64,000 nt of DNA, taken from Bryobacterales bacterium (lineage in GTDB: Bacteria > Acidobacteriota > Terriglobia > Bryobacterales > Bryobacteraceae). The stretch covers positions 22,725 to 86,724 of the forward strand of contig CAVYUL010000106.1 in assembly GCA_963771405.1 (NCBI GenBank), in the 5' to 3' direction. The number at the start of each line of letters is the position of its first letter. Positions within the stretch are counted from its first letter, which is position 1. Under the pieces are notes generated by a model, which did no database searches, was not told where the DNA came from, and worked only from the letters and a program-made list of their open reading frames with translations. Position numbers and translations under genes: made by a program. Positions 10,210 to 20,789 of the stretch are shown here, one piece after another.

Positions 10210-11238
10210 ATGCGGTTCAGGCTCATCATCCTCGCGTTTGCTTGCGGGTTATCGGCGCGTCCTCAAAACGCAGCTTGTAATGCCGCCCTTAGCGATGCGA
10301 GTCTCGCGAGCGGCGAACAGGCAATGCGCGAAAAGCATTTTGCCGCTGCCGCGCAAAGCTTCGACGCTGCGCTAGACGCCTGCCCGGAGCGCCACTCCCT
10401 CCTGCTGCGTCTCTCTGACGCCAACGCGCGCCGCCGCGAATTTACTTCCGCAATTGCCGAGGCCCACCATTTTCTCGAACTCGAAAACGGCTCAATCGAA
10501 GGCGAATTGGCATTAGCAAACGCATATTTCATGGCGCAACAGTTCAGTCAGTCCCTGGCACAAGTAAATACGGTACTGAAATCAAATCCTGCTCAACCTG
10601 CCGCTCTCAAGCTGAAAGGCAACATCGAATACTTCAAAGGCGAATATTCGCAAGCCTTCGACACATTCATTGAATTGCTGGATCATCATCCCGACGACGA
10701 AGACGCCGCTTATATGCTGGGCAGAATCTATTATCAGGAAGGTCGCAGCGAACAAGCTGCGGGACAGTTCCAGCGCGTGCTAAGAATCAACCCGCACTCA
10801 TACAAGGCGCTCGACAATCTGGGCCTCTGCTATCAAGCTCTCGGCGATACCGAAATGGCCAAACGCTATTTCCTCACTTCCATCAAATACGCCGAAGAGA
10901 ACGATGCCGATTACGATTGGGCCTATGCGAATCTGGCCAATCTACTTTTGGAGCAGGGCGATGCCGAACGAGCCTACGCCGCTGCATCGAAGGCGGCCGA
11001 CCGTAACCCATACTCCGCTCGGAATTTCTATCTTGGCGGCAAAGCCCTTGCCCGCTTGGGCAAAACCGATCTGAGTATCAACTGGCTCGAACGCTCGGTG
11101 GCTCTTGATCCAAAGTATCCCGAGCCGCTTTACACGCTTGCCAAGCTTTACGCCGATACCGGAAAGAAAGAAGAAGCGAAAGCAACATTAGAAAAGTTCC
11201 GCCAAGTAAAAGCTGCCAACCCGCAGGAGCGCGAATAG
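10210..11238 (+). CDS. TPR repeat protein (secreted/lipoprotein-like)
   Basis: 342-aa ORF with N-terminal signal MRFRLIILAFACG. Successive 34-aa TPR-like units (e.g. AYMLGRIYYQEGRSEQAAGQFQRVLRINP). Confidence 0.7.
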   Translation: MRFRLIILAFACGLSARPQNAACNAALSDASLASGEQAMREKHFAAAAQSFDAALDACPERHSLLLRLSDANARRREFTSAIAEAHHFLELENGSIEGELALANAYFMAQQFSQSLAQVNTVLKSNPAQPAALKLKGNIEYFKGEYSQAFDTFIELLDHHPDDEDAAYMLGRIYYQEGRSEQAAGQFQRVLRINPHSYKALDNLGLCYQALGDTEMAKRYFLTSIKYAEENDADYDWAYANLANLLLEQGDAERAYAAASKAADRNPYSARNFYLGGKALARLGKTDLSINWLERSVALDPKYPEPLYTLAKLYADTGKKEEAKATLEKFRQVKAANPQERE

Positions 11239-12875
11239 TGAAATCTCTCTGGCTCGCGCTTCTTCCCTTGAGCGTTTTCTTCGCCGTACAAACCCCTTCC
11301 GCAAGCCGCATTCAATTTCGCAATGTTTCTGCCGAAGCGGGCATCGATTTTGTCCTCGAAAACAGCCCTACCGAGCAGAAACAGCTTATTGAGACCATGC
11401 CCGGCGGTGTGGTTGCCTTTGATTACGATGGCGACGGCCTTATCGACATTTTCTTCACCAACGGAGCCGACATTCCTTCCCTTGAAAAGAACCAAGCCAA
11501 ATACCGCAACCGGCTGTTCCGCAACCTGGGTCACATGCGTTTTAAAGACGTCACCGAAGAAGCCGGACTCGCCGGTGTTGGCTTCTCCATGGGAGCGGCT
11601 GCCGCGGATTTTGATAATGACGGCTTTCCCGACCTGTTCGTTGCCGGTGTCAAATCGAATCACCTTTATCGGAATTTAGGCAACGGCAAGTTCGAAGATG
11701 TCACTGCGAAAGCCGGCATCCGCAGCGATCTCTGGTCAGTCGGCGCCGGCTGGTTTGATTTTGACCGTGACGGCCATCTCGATCTGTTCGTCGTCAATTA
11801 CGTGAAATGGTCGCCGGAGAATCCGCCGTTTTGCGGCATTCCCAACGGAACCCGGGCGTATTGCCATCCTCGCCTCTACGCCGGCCTCGCGAACACCTTG
11901 TATCGCAATCGCGGCGATGGCACATTTGAAGACGTATCCCGCAAATCCGGAATTGCCTCTCAAATCGGCAAAGGCATGAGCGTCGCCTTCGCCGATTACG
12001 ATCAGGACGGCTATCCCGATATTCTCGTCAGCAATGACAAATTACTGAATTTCCTCTTCCACAATCTGCGTAACGGAAGCTTCGAAGAGGTCGCGCTCGA
12101 AGCGGGTGTGGCCCTGCCTGATAGTGGCAAGGAGATCTCAGGCATGGGCGCCGATTTTCGCGATTACGATAACGACGGTCTGCCCGATATCACGCTAGCC
12201 GCGCTCGCCGGCGAAACGTTCCCGCTGTTCCGCAACACTGGCAAGGGTCTTTTCATGGACGTAACCGCGCGCAGCCATATCGGCGTCTTGAGCAACAAAC
12301 GCAGCGGCTGGAGCACTGCTTTTGTCGACTTGGATAACGATGGCTGGAAAGACATATTCGTCTCTTGCTCCCACGTGAACGATACCGTCGAGGCATTCGA
12401 ATCCACTCACTACAAACTGCCGAACGCCGTCTTCGCCAATAGAGGTGACGGCACGTTTGAAGACGCCTCGGCCGCCGTCGGCGAAGACTTCCAAAAGCCC
12501 GGCGTTCACCGCGGCGCCGCTTTCGCCGATTTCAATAACGACGGCAAAGTGGACGTAGTGGTCAGCCTCATTGGAGATCATGCCGAACTCTGGCAAAACA
12601 CCAGCGACAACGATAACACTTGGCTGGATGTGAAACTGGTCGGCACAAAAAGCAATCGCGATGGCATTGGCGCGCAAATACGCATCGGCAAGCAATACAA
12701 CCAAATGACATCGGCAGTCGGATACGCTTCTTCGAGTCTCACTCCCGTTCACTTTGGCACTGGTCAGGCCAAGCAAGTCGATATCGAAATCCTTTGGCCC
12801 AGCGGCATTCGCCAGAATGTGAACGGTGTGCGCACAAACCAAATCGTCACCATTCGGGAAGCTAAGGCGGAGTGA
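11238..12875 (+). CDS. CRTAC1-family protein: FG-GAP/VCBS repeats plus ASPIC/UnbV C-terminal domain
   Basis: Signal peptide. Seven Ca-binding-like repeats (DYDGDGLIDIF, DFDNDGFPDLF, DFDRDGHLDLF, DYDQDGYPDIL, DYDNDGLPDI, DLDNDGWKDIF, DFNNDGKVDVV). C-terminal NRDGIGAQIRI...VHFGTG...ILWPSG. Confidence 0.85.
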   Translation: MKSLWLALLPLSVFFAVQTPSASRIQFRNVSAEAGIDFVLENSPTEQKQLIETMPGGVVAFDYDGDGLIDIFFTNGADIPSLEKNQAKYRNRLFRNLGHMRFKDVTEEAGLAGVGFSMGAAAADFDNDGFPDLFVAGVKSNHLYRNLGNGKFEDVTAKAGIRSDLWSVGAGWFDFDRDGHLDLFVVNYVKWSPENPPFCGIPNGTRAYCHPRLYAGLANTLYRNRGDGTFEDVSRKSGIASQIGKGMSVAFADYDQDGYPDILVSNDKLLNFLFHNLRNGSFEEVALEAGVALPDSGKEISGMGADFRDYDNDGLPDITLAALAGETFPLFRNTGKGLFMDVTARSHIGVLSNKRSGWSTAFVDLDNDGWKDIFVSCSHVNDTVEAFESTHYKLPNAVFANRGDGTFEDASAAVGEDFQKPGVHRGAAFADFNNDGKVDVVVSLIGDHAELWQNTSDNDNTWLDVKLVGTKSNRDGIGAQIRIGKQYNQMTSAVGYASSSLTPVHFGTGQAKQVDIEILWPSGIRQNVNGVRTNQIVTIREAKAE

Positions 12876-14361
12876 TTGCCGCCGCTGCCGTAGTGTCACT
12901 TCGGCGTTGCTGAATCTCTCTATAGTCGCGACGCGCAGCCGCCGCTTCCTTCCGCATGCCGGCCGCCTCGAACGCCTTGGCCAGTTGATATCTCCGGCTG
13001 CCCGATTCATCGGCCGCCAGCGCCGCCTGCAAATGCGGAATCGCTTCGCTCGCTCTATTTAATTCCAGGTAAGCCTCGCCCAATGCGCCCTGTGCCGGCA
13101 GGAATGTCTCATCCAAATGAACCGCTTTCTCAAGGTAAGGTAAAGCTTCCGCCGGCTTCTGCATTACGTTCAGCGCCAAGCCATAAAGGTAATTCAATTC
13201 CGCCGAGCGCCCATCGCGCGCCAGTTGCTCTTTGAGTAGCGGCAGTGCGGAACCACAATCGTTACTGTGGCAAAGGGCTAAAGCCAGCCGCCGTTTAAGC
13301 ACGGCATCGCTGGGATCGAGCCGCACGGTTTCTTGCCACGCCGAAACCGCTTCTGGATAGCGTCCGCGCTTCTCCTGCCTCTCGGCTAACGCCTCACACT
13401 TTTCTCTCGAAGCAGGCAGTACCTCCAGCCGATCAAACGCTTTCCCAGCAAGAACCAGGGAAGCCCGAGCCTGCCAATAATCCTCGGCCACCGATTCCGC
13501 CCGCGCCGAAGCTGCCTCGCGATAGCGACCACTTACGAATTCGCATTCAATGCTTACTGCTCTACACGCCTCCTCGCCCTCAGCCTTGCCCTTTTCCATC
13601 GCTGCCCAGTCTGGATGATTCGTCTGGCTGTAGATTTCCGCCACCAATCCGTGCAGCCCGCGAAACGAAGGTCGCACCGCAAGCGCCTCTCTAAAACGCA
13701 CGAAAGCCGCACCCGGATCACCCCGTTCGAAATCGAATTGCCCGGCCAATGCCAGAGCCTCAGGGCTCCCAGGCGCGTCGCGCTTAATTTTCTCTAGCCG
13801 CTCTTCACTCAGCGCTTCAAAACTACGCATGATGCCAAGAAGCACCCGCGGATTGTCAGGCAGCATATCGGAGCAACGCTCATATTCATCGGCTGCCTCG
13901 CTCCATCGGTCCCTGGCAGCCAAAGCGTCCGCCAGCATGATGCGAGCGTTTGGATCGCTGGGCCTCAGTCGCAACGCCTCGCGTAAAGCGGACTCCCCGG
14001 CCGCCGTATCCCCTAGCTTCATCTGGCTTGCGCCCAGAAACAGCAAGCCTGGGAATGAGTTCGGCTGTGCTCTTAGTACTTCTTCACACTCGCCCACCGT
14101 CTCTCGATAGCGCCCGGATTTATAGAGTGCAACCGCCAAATTGATTTTGAAAGACACTTCTTTCGGAAACGCCGCCGCCAGCTCTCGATACAGCGGAATC
14201 GCCTCTTCTGGTTTGCCGTTTTGAATCAGCGCATTGGCGCGTTCATTCTTTTCGCGAGCGTCGGACACCACCTGCATAGCCGATTGAGCAGATAGGGCGA
14301 TAAGGGTCGCAAGAGTGACACGTACGCTTAGTGAACTGAGAGTTTTTGTTATCATGCCCAA
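12862..14361 (-). CDS. TPR repeat protein (secreted)
   Basis: 499-aa ORF with a signal-like N-terminus. TPR-like units throughout. Its 3' end overlaps the convergent CRTAC1 gene by 14 nt. Confidence 0.7.
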   Translation of the reverse strand: MGMITKTLSSLSVRVTLATLIALSAQSAMQVVSDAREKNERANALIQNGKPEEAIPLYRELAAAFPKEVSFKINLAVALYKSGRYRETVGECEEVLRAQPNSFPGLLFLGASQMKLGDTAAGESALREALRLRPSDPNARIMLADALAARDRWSEAADEYERCSDMLPDNPRVLLGIMRSFEALSEERLEKIKRDAPGSPEALALAGQFDFERGDPGAAFVRFREALAVRPSFRGLHGLVAEIYSQTNHPDWAAMEKGKAEGEEACRAVSIECEFVSGRYREAASARAESVAEDYWQARASLVLAGKAFDRLEVLPASREKCEALAERQEKRGRYPEAVSAWQETVRLDPSDAVLKRRLALALCHSNDCGSALPLLKEQLARDGRSAELNYLYGLALNVMQKPAEALPYLEKAVHLDETFLPAQGALGEAYLELNRASEAIPHLQAALAADESGSRRYQLAKAFEAAGMRKEAAAARRDYREIQQRRSDTTAAAAITPP

Positions 14362-14414
14362 AATCGCAGGACTCGTAGTTTATCGTGATTCGTAATTCAT
14401 TGATACTTGTCATA

Positions 14415-14443
14415 TTGACACCCGTGGATGGCCATGATATATC
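14415..14443 (+). promoter_or_regulatory. Candidate sigma70-like promoter for the TonB-dependent receptor gene
   Basis: TTGACA (14415-14420), a 17-nt spacer, then TATATC (14438-14443), in an AT-rich divergent intergenic region 55 nt upstream of the ATG at 14498. Confidence 0.3.
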
Positions 14444-14497
14444 TAAACGCACTTTAGAGATTATCTAACTTGGGTTGTCAAGAAATGGGGGAAGCAA

Positions 14498-17400
14498 ATG
14501 AGTCGAAAGAAGTTTTGTCTTTCCGTCGCGGCCTGTCTTGCCGTATTCAGCACCAGCGTGTGCGGCCAGGCGGTGGGCGATCTCAATGGAACCGTGCTGG
14601 ATCCCACCGGCGCCATTGTTCCGGGCGCAGCGGTCATCGCCACCAACGTCGACACGCACGAAGAAAGTAAAACCACCACCACTGCGGCCGGCGCCTATTC
14701 AATTCCTTATTTGCCCCAAGGCACTTACACCGTTCGCGTCACCATGACAGGTTTCCGCACCGCCACCGCGGAGAATGTCATTCTGCGTGCCGCTCAAACC
14801 TTAACCGTGAACATCACCATGGAAGTGGGCCAGATCAGCGAGAACATCACGGTCAGCGCTACGCCGCCCTTACTCGAAGCCGGCACCGCCGAAATGGGCC
14901 ACTATGTCAATCCAGAGGAATTTAAATCCTGGCCGATCTTCACTAGCGACGGCAACCGCCAGATTCAAGAGTTCATTTTCGACAGCATGCCGGGAACCAC
15001 CGGCAGCACGTTCCAAGGCTCCATCAACGGCGGTCAGCAATACTCCCATGAAATTCTCATCGACGGCATCCCGGTCGGGCGTTCCGATCTCTCGGGCGGA
15101 AACAACAATGAGATGAGCCCTTCGCTCGAACGCCGTGGGCGATTTCAAACTCCAAACCGGCGGCGTCGGCGCCCAGTACAACGGCGGACAAACGGCGGTG
15201 GCGAATTTCAGCATTAAGTCCGGAACCAACGAACTGCACGGCGCCATGTTCGATTACCTCCAAAATGAGGCCTTCAACGCCGTTGCCTTGGGTCAGAACG
15301 GCCAACCCGCCGCTCGCTATCGCGATAACAACTGGGGCTACGCCGTCGGCGGCCCGGTGATGATTCCGAAAATCTACAACGGCCGCAATCGCACCTTCTG
15401 GTTTACAAACTTCGAACACGACAAGCGAAACACGGAAGACGTCTCCGGCTTCACAACGCTAGCCCCCATGCCCTATCGAACCGGCGATTTCTCGCAAATG
15501 CTCAACCCCGCTTGGTCGGGTCAAGCCCAGGCAGGGCAAGTCGTCGGCACCGATGCGCTCGGACGCCCGGTGATCTTCGGCTCGATCTATGATCCCGCCA
15601 CCACGCGCAACGGTCCCAATGGAAGCGTCATCCGCGACCCGTTTGCCGGTAACATCATCGCTCCTTCACGTTTTAGTCCGGTGGCCGCCGCTATTTTGAA
15701 AGTCGGCCTGGTAGATCCCACCAATAGCGCCATGATTCGCAACATCGAGCAGCTAAGCTCAGGGCAGCCTTTCTTCGACGAACATATTTTCGGTATCAAA
15801 GTCGACCAGATTATTACCTCCAAACACCGCGTGTCGTTTTACTTCAATGACGAATATCGCGGACGGAATAACAACGGCTCTGGCAGGTATCTCCCGGTTC
15901 CCGGTCCACCCACCACTAGCTGGCAAGATCAGTCAACGCCCAACCAGATGGCCCGTTTTTCGCTTACATCTACAATTACGCCCGCCTTGGTAAATGATTT
16001 CGCCCTTGGCTACAACCGTTTCCTGAATCAAAACGGAGCCCCGCTGGCAACCGTCGGCAAAAACTGGGCCTCGCAAATCGGCATTCAAAACACATCCGCG
16101 ACCGTTTTTCCCGACTTCAATTTCAGTGGGTTGGATTGGCAGGGCGGCACCATCGACAAAATCGGCGTCGGCTCTTATAATGCCACCGCGAACGGAAGCG
16201 AAGTTCTGAAAGACGAAATGAATTGGATTCGCGGCAAGCACACTCTTCATTTCGGCTACCAATACACCGTCTACTTCTACAATGAGCAGAACTATTCCGA
16301 CTCCGGAAATTTCAACTTCAGTCCTGATCAAACCGCTTTGCCCGGATTCACAACCCAGACGGGAAACGCTTTCGCCAGCTTCATGCTCGGCGCCGTCAGC
16401 AGCGCCACGCACGGCGTCGATGCCTTGAACGACGGATTCAGGGGCCCGTATCATGCCACCTGGATTCAAGACGACATTAAATTGTCGCCGAAATTGACGG
16501 TCAACCTTGGCTTCCGCTGGGAGATTATTTCTCCCTTCTATGAGCGAACCGACCGCATGTCCTACATTGACCTTTCGCAACCAGACCCGGCGGCAGGCAA
16601 CTTGAACGGCGTAATCGAGTTCAAGAATCGGCCCACCAAGACCTACTGGGGCGAAATCGGGCCCCGCTTTGGAATCGCCTACCAGGTCAACAACAAAATG
16701 GTGGTCAGGCTCGGCTACGCCATGATGAATACGCCGCCCATCGCCAATAATTGGGGATACACCGGCTTTACCACCGGTTACAACGCATCTATCTCCGTTC
16801 CCAAAGGCAGCAGCCCCACCGGCTTTGCTCTCGATCCTTCCATGTATTTGAGCCAGCCTTTCCCAAGCCTTGGCTACACACTACCGGATAAGAACCCCGC
16901 CGATGCGGACTTCAATGCCACCCAAACCGTGGCGCCCGATTCGAATCGCCCCGGTTACACCCAGAACTACAATTTCACCATTCAATATCTGCTTCCTAGT
17001 TCAACCATCTTGGAGGCAGCCTTCGTAGGCAATCATGGAACTCGTCTGTGGGGTTTCAACGAACTGGACACTAACCCCGCCACCCGGCTCGCATTGGGCG
17101 ACACCTTAATAGATCCCGTCTCGTCACACCCGCAGTACATCCCCTATGCGGGATTCCCCACAACCAACACCGTGGCCCAAGCCCTTCTCCCCTATCCGCA
17201 GTACTACGCCGTGAACGATTTTTACGCCTACAACACCACCTCAAATTACAGTTCGCTACAGGTAACGGTCACGAAACATCTCACGCATGGCCTCGGCTTT
17301 TTGGCCGCCTACACATGGTCCAAAACCATGGGGTATCAAGATAGCAACGGCGCCACCGGCTATGGCGTGCCGCAGGATTTCTATAACCGCAAATTGGAGT

Positions 17401-17999
17401 ACACACTGGCCAGCTTCAACCAGCCGAACAACCTTAAACTCACTTCCACTTATGAGGTTCCTTTCGGAGTGGGCCGCAAATGGAATTTAGGTTGGGCTAA
17501 CTACATCCTCGGTGGTTGGCAGGTGGCCGGCTTACAAAACTATGCGTCCGGATTCCCGATAGCTGTCAACTATGGCGGATACAATATCCCTGCGGGCTTC
17601 GGCGCCATTCGCCCCGATATTCTGAGCGGAGTCAATCCTACAATGGGATCTCTATCTTCCGTCAAGCTCGATTACTCCGACCCGGCGCAGTGGCTCAATC
17701 CTGCCGCCTTTGCCGTCCAGCCTTTAAGCCCGAATGGTGTGCCTTTGCGCGTCGGTACCGCGCCCCGTAACCTCAATCTCAGAGGGCCGCTCAATATAAG
17801 CGAGACCTTCCGAATGTCGAAGGCCTTCCCGTTTTTCAAAGAGAAGGCCAAATTCCGAATCGGCATGACTATAGCGAACCCATTTAAGCGCACATACGCT
17901 TATCTTGCGGATACAACCGTGGGTGATTCCGCCTTCGGTCAAGTACTCGAAGGCGGCGCGGCGCGCACCGTGCAATTGGACGCCCGTATCGACTTCTGA
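14498..17999 (+). pseudogene. TonB-dependent receptor with N-terminal carboxypeptidase-regulatory-like domain, split by a 1-nt frameshift near 15131
   Basis: ORF 14498-15217 holds the signal peptide, the CarboxypepD_reg domain and the plug start. It ends ...GGNNNEMSPSLE and then goes out of frame. ORF 15135-17999 begins (A)VGDFKLQTGGVGAQYNGGQTAVANFSIKSGTNELHG and ends in a beta-barrel with C-terminal ...DARIDF. Dropping C15131 joins the two ORFs seamlessly. Confidence 0.8.
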
Positions 18000-18001
18000 A
18001 T

Positions 18002-18634
18002 CTAGGTCACCGTACTCATCACGTTCGGCGTGAAACTCTGCGTTTGAAACGCGATAAACAGAGCCGTCCATTGCGCGTCTCCTTGGCTCGGTATCTGTAC
18101 AAAAATCGCGCCATCCTGCCAGGAACCGTTGTCTTTCGCAAACGCTCCTGGTGGATTGCCTTGATTCATATGGATGTCGTGAATGCCCATCACTCCGTTC
18201 GAATCCGCAAAATACGATCCAAACGCATAAATCACACTATTCGAATCGCCTAGCGCTTGATTTAGTAAGTCCGCCACAAGATCTTGCATGCTGTTATCGT
18301 CCACCGCAAGGTTCTGTAGCTTCGCCGGATCCACCAACGGCGTCCCATCGGCATTCTTCTCTAGGATGTAATCAATCCGCAAATCCGAAGTGCCGGTATC
18401 CAGCGCCGTTCTGCCCAGCGGCAGATTCAACAGTCCCTGTGTATCTGGCGGCGTAAAACTGTTGACAATCAGATACCGGATCTCCGACCCATCTTCGGAG
18501 AGAACATTTACATCCACCTGCACCGTCGTGCCGCTGTCGACGTTCAAAGTAAAACGGTAATGAGGGTCCGATCCGCTAACGCTGCCGAGCCCTGCTGGAG
18601 TACCTTTAACAACACTGTAACTTGGTATGGCCAT
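18002..18634 (-). CDS. DUF2278 / YukJ-family protein
   Basis: 210-aa ORF. Recalled family signature: ...PHYRF...VDVNV...AFG...GIHDIHMNQGNPPGAFAKDNGSWQDGAIFV...FQTQS. Confidence 0.7.
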   Translation of the reverse strand: MAIPSYSVVKGTPAGLGSVSGSDPHYRFTLNVDSGTTVQVDVNVLSEDGSEIRYLIVNSFTPPDTQGLLNLPLGRTALDTGTSDLRIDYILEKNADGTPLVDPAKLQNLAVDDNSMQDLVADLLNQALGDSNSVIYAFGSYFADSNGVMGIHDIHMNQGNPPGAFAKDNGSWQDGAIFVQIPSQGDAQWTALFIAFQTQSFTPNVMSTVT

Positions 18635-18785
18635 ATGCTTTCTTGGCCACTCCAGTATAAACCGCCCTTATTCAGTTGAACGTAAGCCCGGACTTCCTAC
18701 TGCTATCTATCTCTGGACTCGCCATTGGCCTATTGGCGTTGCTACCGGCGTGCTTAGACGATTCGGAATTCATAGCATCCGACGC

Positions 18786-19173
18786 CTACTGGGCGGCGTA
18801 AGCACCTTGCGTCGGGATGCCGACCTCCCCTGAGATAGAGCCGCTCACCAGAATGAGGCCCTGCTTCTGGCGCATCATGACGGGGACAACATGCCGCGCG
18901 ACCAGGAACAACGCTTTCACGTTGGAATTCATGACGGAATCCCATTCCTCCACCGAGTGTTCGTGTAGCGCTTTGACTACGCTAATGGCACCGTTGTTCA
19001 CCAGGATGTCGAGATGGCCGAAACGACCAACGGTCAAACGGGTGAATTCTTCGGCCGTCGCTGCCGCCGCCACGTTCGCGCCCGCTTCGAGGTAGGCGCG
19101 AGTGACGGCCAAACCCAATGCCTGACAGTGCGCCGGTGACCACGGCCGTTTTCCCGGAAAGTGTGACGTTCAA
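18786..19173 (-). pseudogene. Short-chain dehydrogenase/reductase (SDR) relic
   Basis: The N-terminal LSGKTAVVTGALSGIG is in one frame (ORF 18982-19242). It continues as (L)AVTRAYLEAGANV...FGHLDILVNNGAI...SGSISGEVGIPTQGAYAAQ in another frame (ORF 18786-19118). About 130 codons remain, versus about 250 for SDRs. There is an internal gap between the NAD-binding and NNAG blocks, and the sequence is truncated after the catalytic Tyr region. Confidence 0.6.
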
Positions 19174-19386
19174 AATCGGATCCTTAGACTTCCGGTAGCC
19201 AGACCGCCGTCTCCACGGGACCGCGGTTGGCGTCCGAAGCAATCGCCAATGGATCTTTTCCTGGGAACGCGATTCACCTCACAATCTATTACACAGGACG
19301 CGAGTAAGCGCTTTTGCCGATCGATATCATTCTTGCGCCTAAAAGCCCAAGCACTGCGAAAAATAGCGCATGAGCCGCCCATCACA

Positions 19387-20784
19387 TCAACGAACTGCTT
19401 CGAGCACACCCTGCAACTGATCCTGTCGGGGCGCCTCGATCTTCGAACGCATATCCGCACAATGCCTCACAATCAAGCAGGTCATGTCATCGTGCTGCGG
19501 CGCCGAATCGACGAAATTGTCGATAGAAGACAAAATCCTCATAAGGATTTCAGACGCCGAACTCCCTGAGCTACCCATAAGGCTGCTCAGCATTCGCTGC
19601 TCCCCGAATTCTTCTTCGGCGTTGTTTTCGGCTTCTACAAGACCGTCGGTAAAAATGATCAATAGATCGCCCGGTGCCAGAACTATAGAAGCTGAAGCGT
19701 AGCTTGTGTCCGCCTTCACACCGAGCGGTAAGCCACCTACATCGAGCCGCTCGATCAATCCGCTCGCTCTGAGGAGGATGGGCCAGTTGTGGCCAGCATT
19801 TACGTACGTAAGTGACCTGTTGGCAGGTTGCCACTCCGCGAGAAATGCTGTGGTAAACCGCTGATGCCCAATGTTTTGTGCACACGCATACTTGTTTAAA
19901 CGAGTAACCAGATCGAGCGGCGTTACGCACAGTGCCGCCAGCGTGTGCAGACTAGCTTGCAGGGTCGCCATCAGAAGTGCTGCCGGAACACCTTTGCCCG
20001 CCACGTCCGCTACTACTAGCATGAGTGGTGGTGGATCGCATCCACTTTGGGTTTCTCCCGCCAGCGGCGGTCGGATGAAAGCGTCGTAGTAATCTCCAGC
20101 GACGGTATTCGCAGGGCGCGTTGTAAACGCAATGTCTGTGTTCGGCATTACAGGAGGCACTGCCGGCATGAGCCACCCTTGTATGTCTCGCGCAATTTCA
20201 AGGTCTCGCTTTAGACTGACCCGGTCTGCCAGTTCGAACGCCAAAACGCCGATTAACAACAAACTCCCGGCGAAACATAAGTCAGTTGTGGTGAGTTGGT
20301 TCAAATTTAGCCCGAAGCGCCATAGAGGCGAGCTGATGAGCAGCAAGGCAACCAGGGCGATTACGCGCCGTGCGGGTGAGAGCTTCATCATGACGGCCCA
20401 AAACGCCGCCTTTGTGATCCGTGAAGCTCGGCGCAACGGCGTTTCACCGCTGGCCCGCTCGGTGTCAATCTCTTGCATGTATAGCCGATAACTAACCCGG
20501 GTTTCGTTTCGAAATTGTTTCCATAGTTGTTTGAACGTCACTCCCCCTGTGATCTTTCTCCAGAAATCCGCTAGCGCAGTTCCTGGCTGAGCCGGCTTCT
20601 TCGCAGGCGCAGGCGAAGGCGCAGGCAAAGGCTGTAGCAGCGCCGTACCGCACTGGGCGCAGAACCTATGTTTCGGCTTGGCTTTCGTCCCACATTGGCA
20701 GCAAAACATAGCACCACCTGCCAACGTTAGTGCAGCAAGTGGAAGGCCACTGAGCTCTGTCTTTTTTTGGCGCATCAATTGCAC
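19387..20784 (-). CDS. Membrane-anchored PP2C/SpoIIE-family Ser/Thr phosphatase with N-terminal zinc-ribbon
   Basis: 465-aa ORF. CCQCGTKAKPKHRFCAQCGT zinc-ribbon, at least two TM helices, and a C-terminal SpoIIE-type domain (GDYYD..., VVADVAGKGVPAALLMATLQ, IFTDGLVEAEN, QHDDMTCLIV). Confidence 0.8.
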   Translation of the reverse strand: MQLMRQKKTELSGLPLAALTLAGGAMFCCQCGTKAKPKHRFCAQCGTALLQPLPAPSPAPAKKPAQPGTALADFWRKITGGVTFKQLWKQFRNETRVSYRLYMQEIDTERASGETPLRRASRITKAAFWAVMMKLSPARRVIALVALLLISSPLWRFGLNLNQLTTTDLCFAGSLLLIGVLAFELADRVSLKRDLEIARDIQGWLMPAVPPVMPNTDIAFTTRPANTVAGDYYDAFIRPPLAGETQSGCDPPPLMLVVADVAGKGVPAALLMATLQASLHTLAALCVTPLDLVTRLNKYACAQNIGHQRFTTAFLAEWQPANRSLTYVNAGHNWPILLRASGLIERLDVGGLPLGVKADTSYASASIVLAPGDLLIIFTDGLVEAENNAEEEFGEQRMLSSLMGSSGSSASEILMRILSSIDNFVDSAPQHDDMTCLIVRHCADMRSKIEAPRQDQLQGVLEAVR

Positions 20785-20789
20785 ATTTA

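Noticed and set aside
12195-13010. 271-aa minus-strand ORF. Similar long antisense ORFs occur at 55307-56182 (-), 37556-38221 (-), 35976-36587 (-), 45405-46028 (+), 47265-47873 (-) and 59468-60064 (-).
   Set aside because: Each is fully embedded opposite a gene with strong family signatures. They are Arg/Ala/Gly-rich shadow ORFs, as expected in GC-rich DNA.
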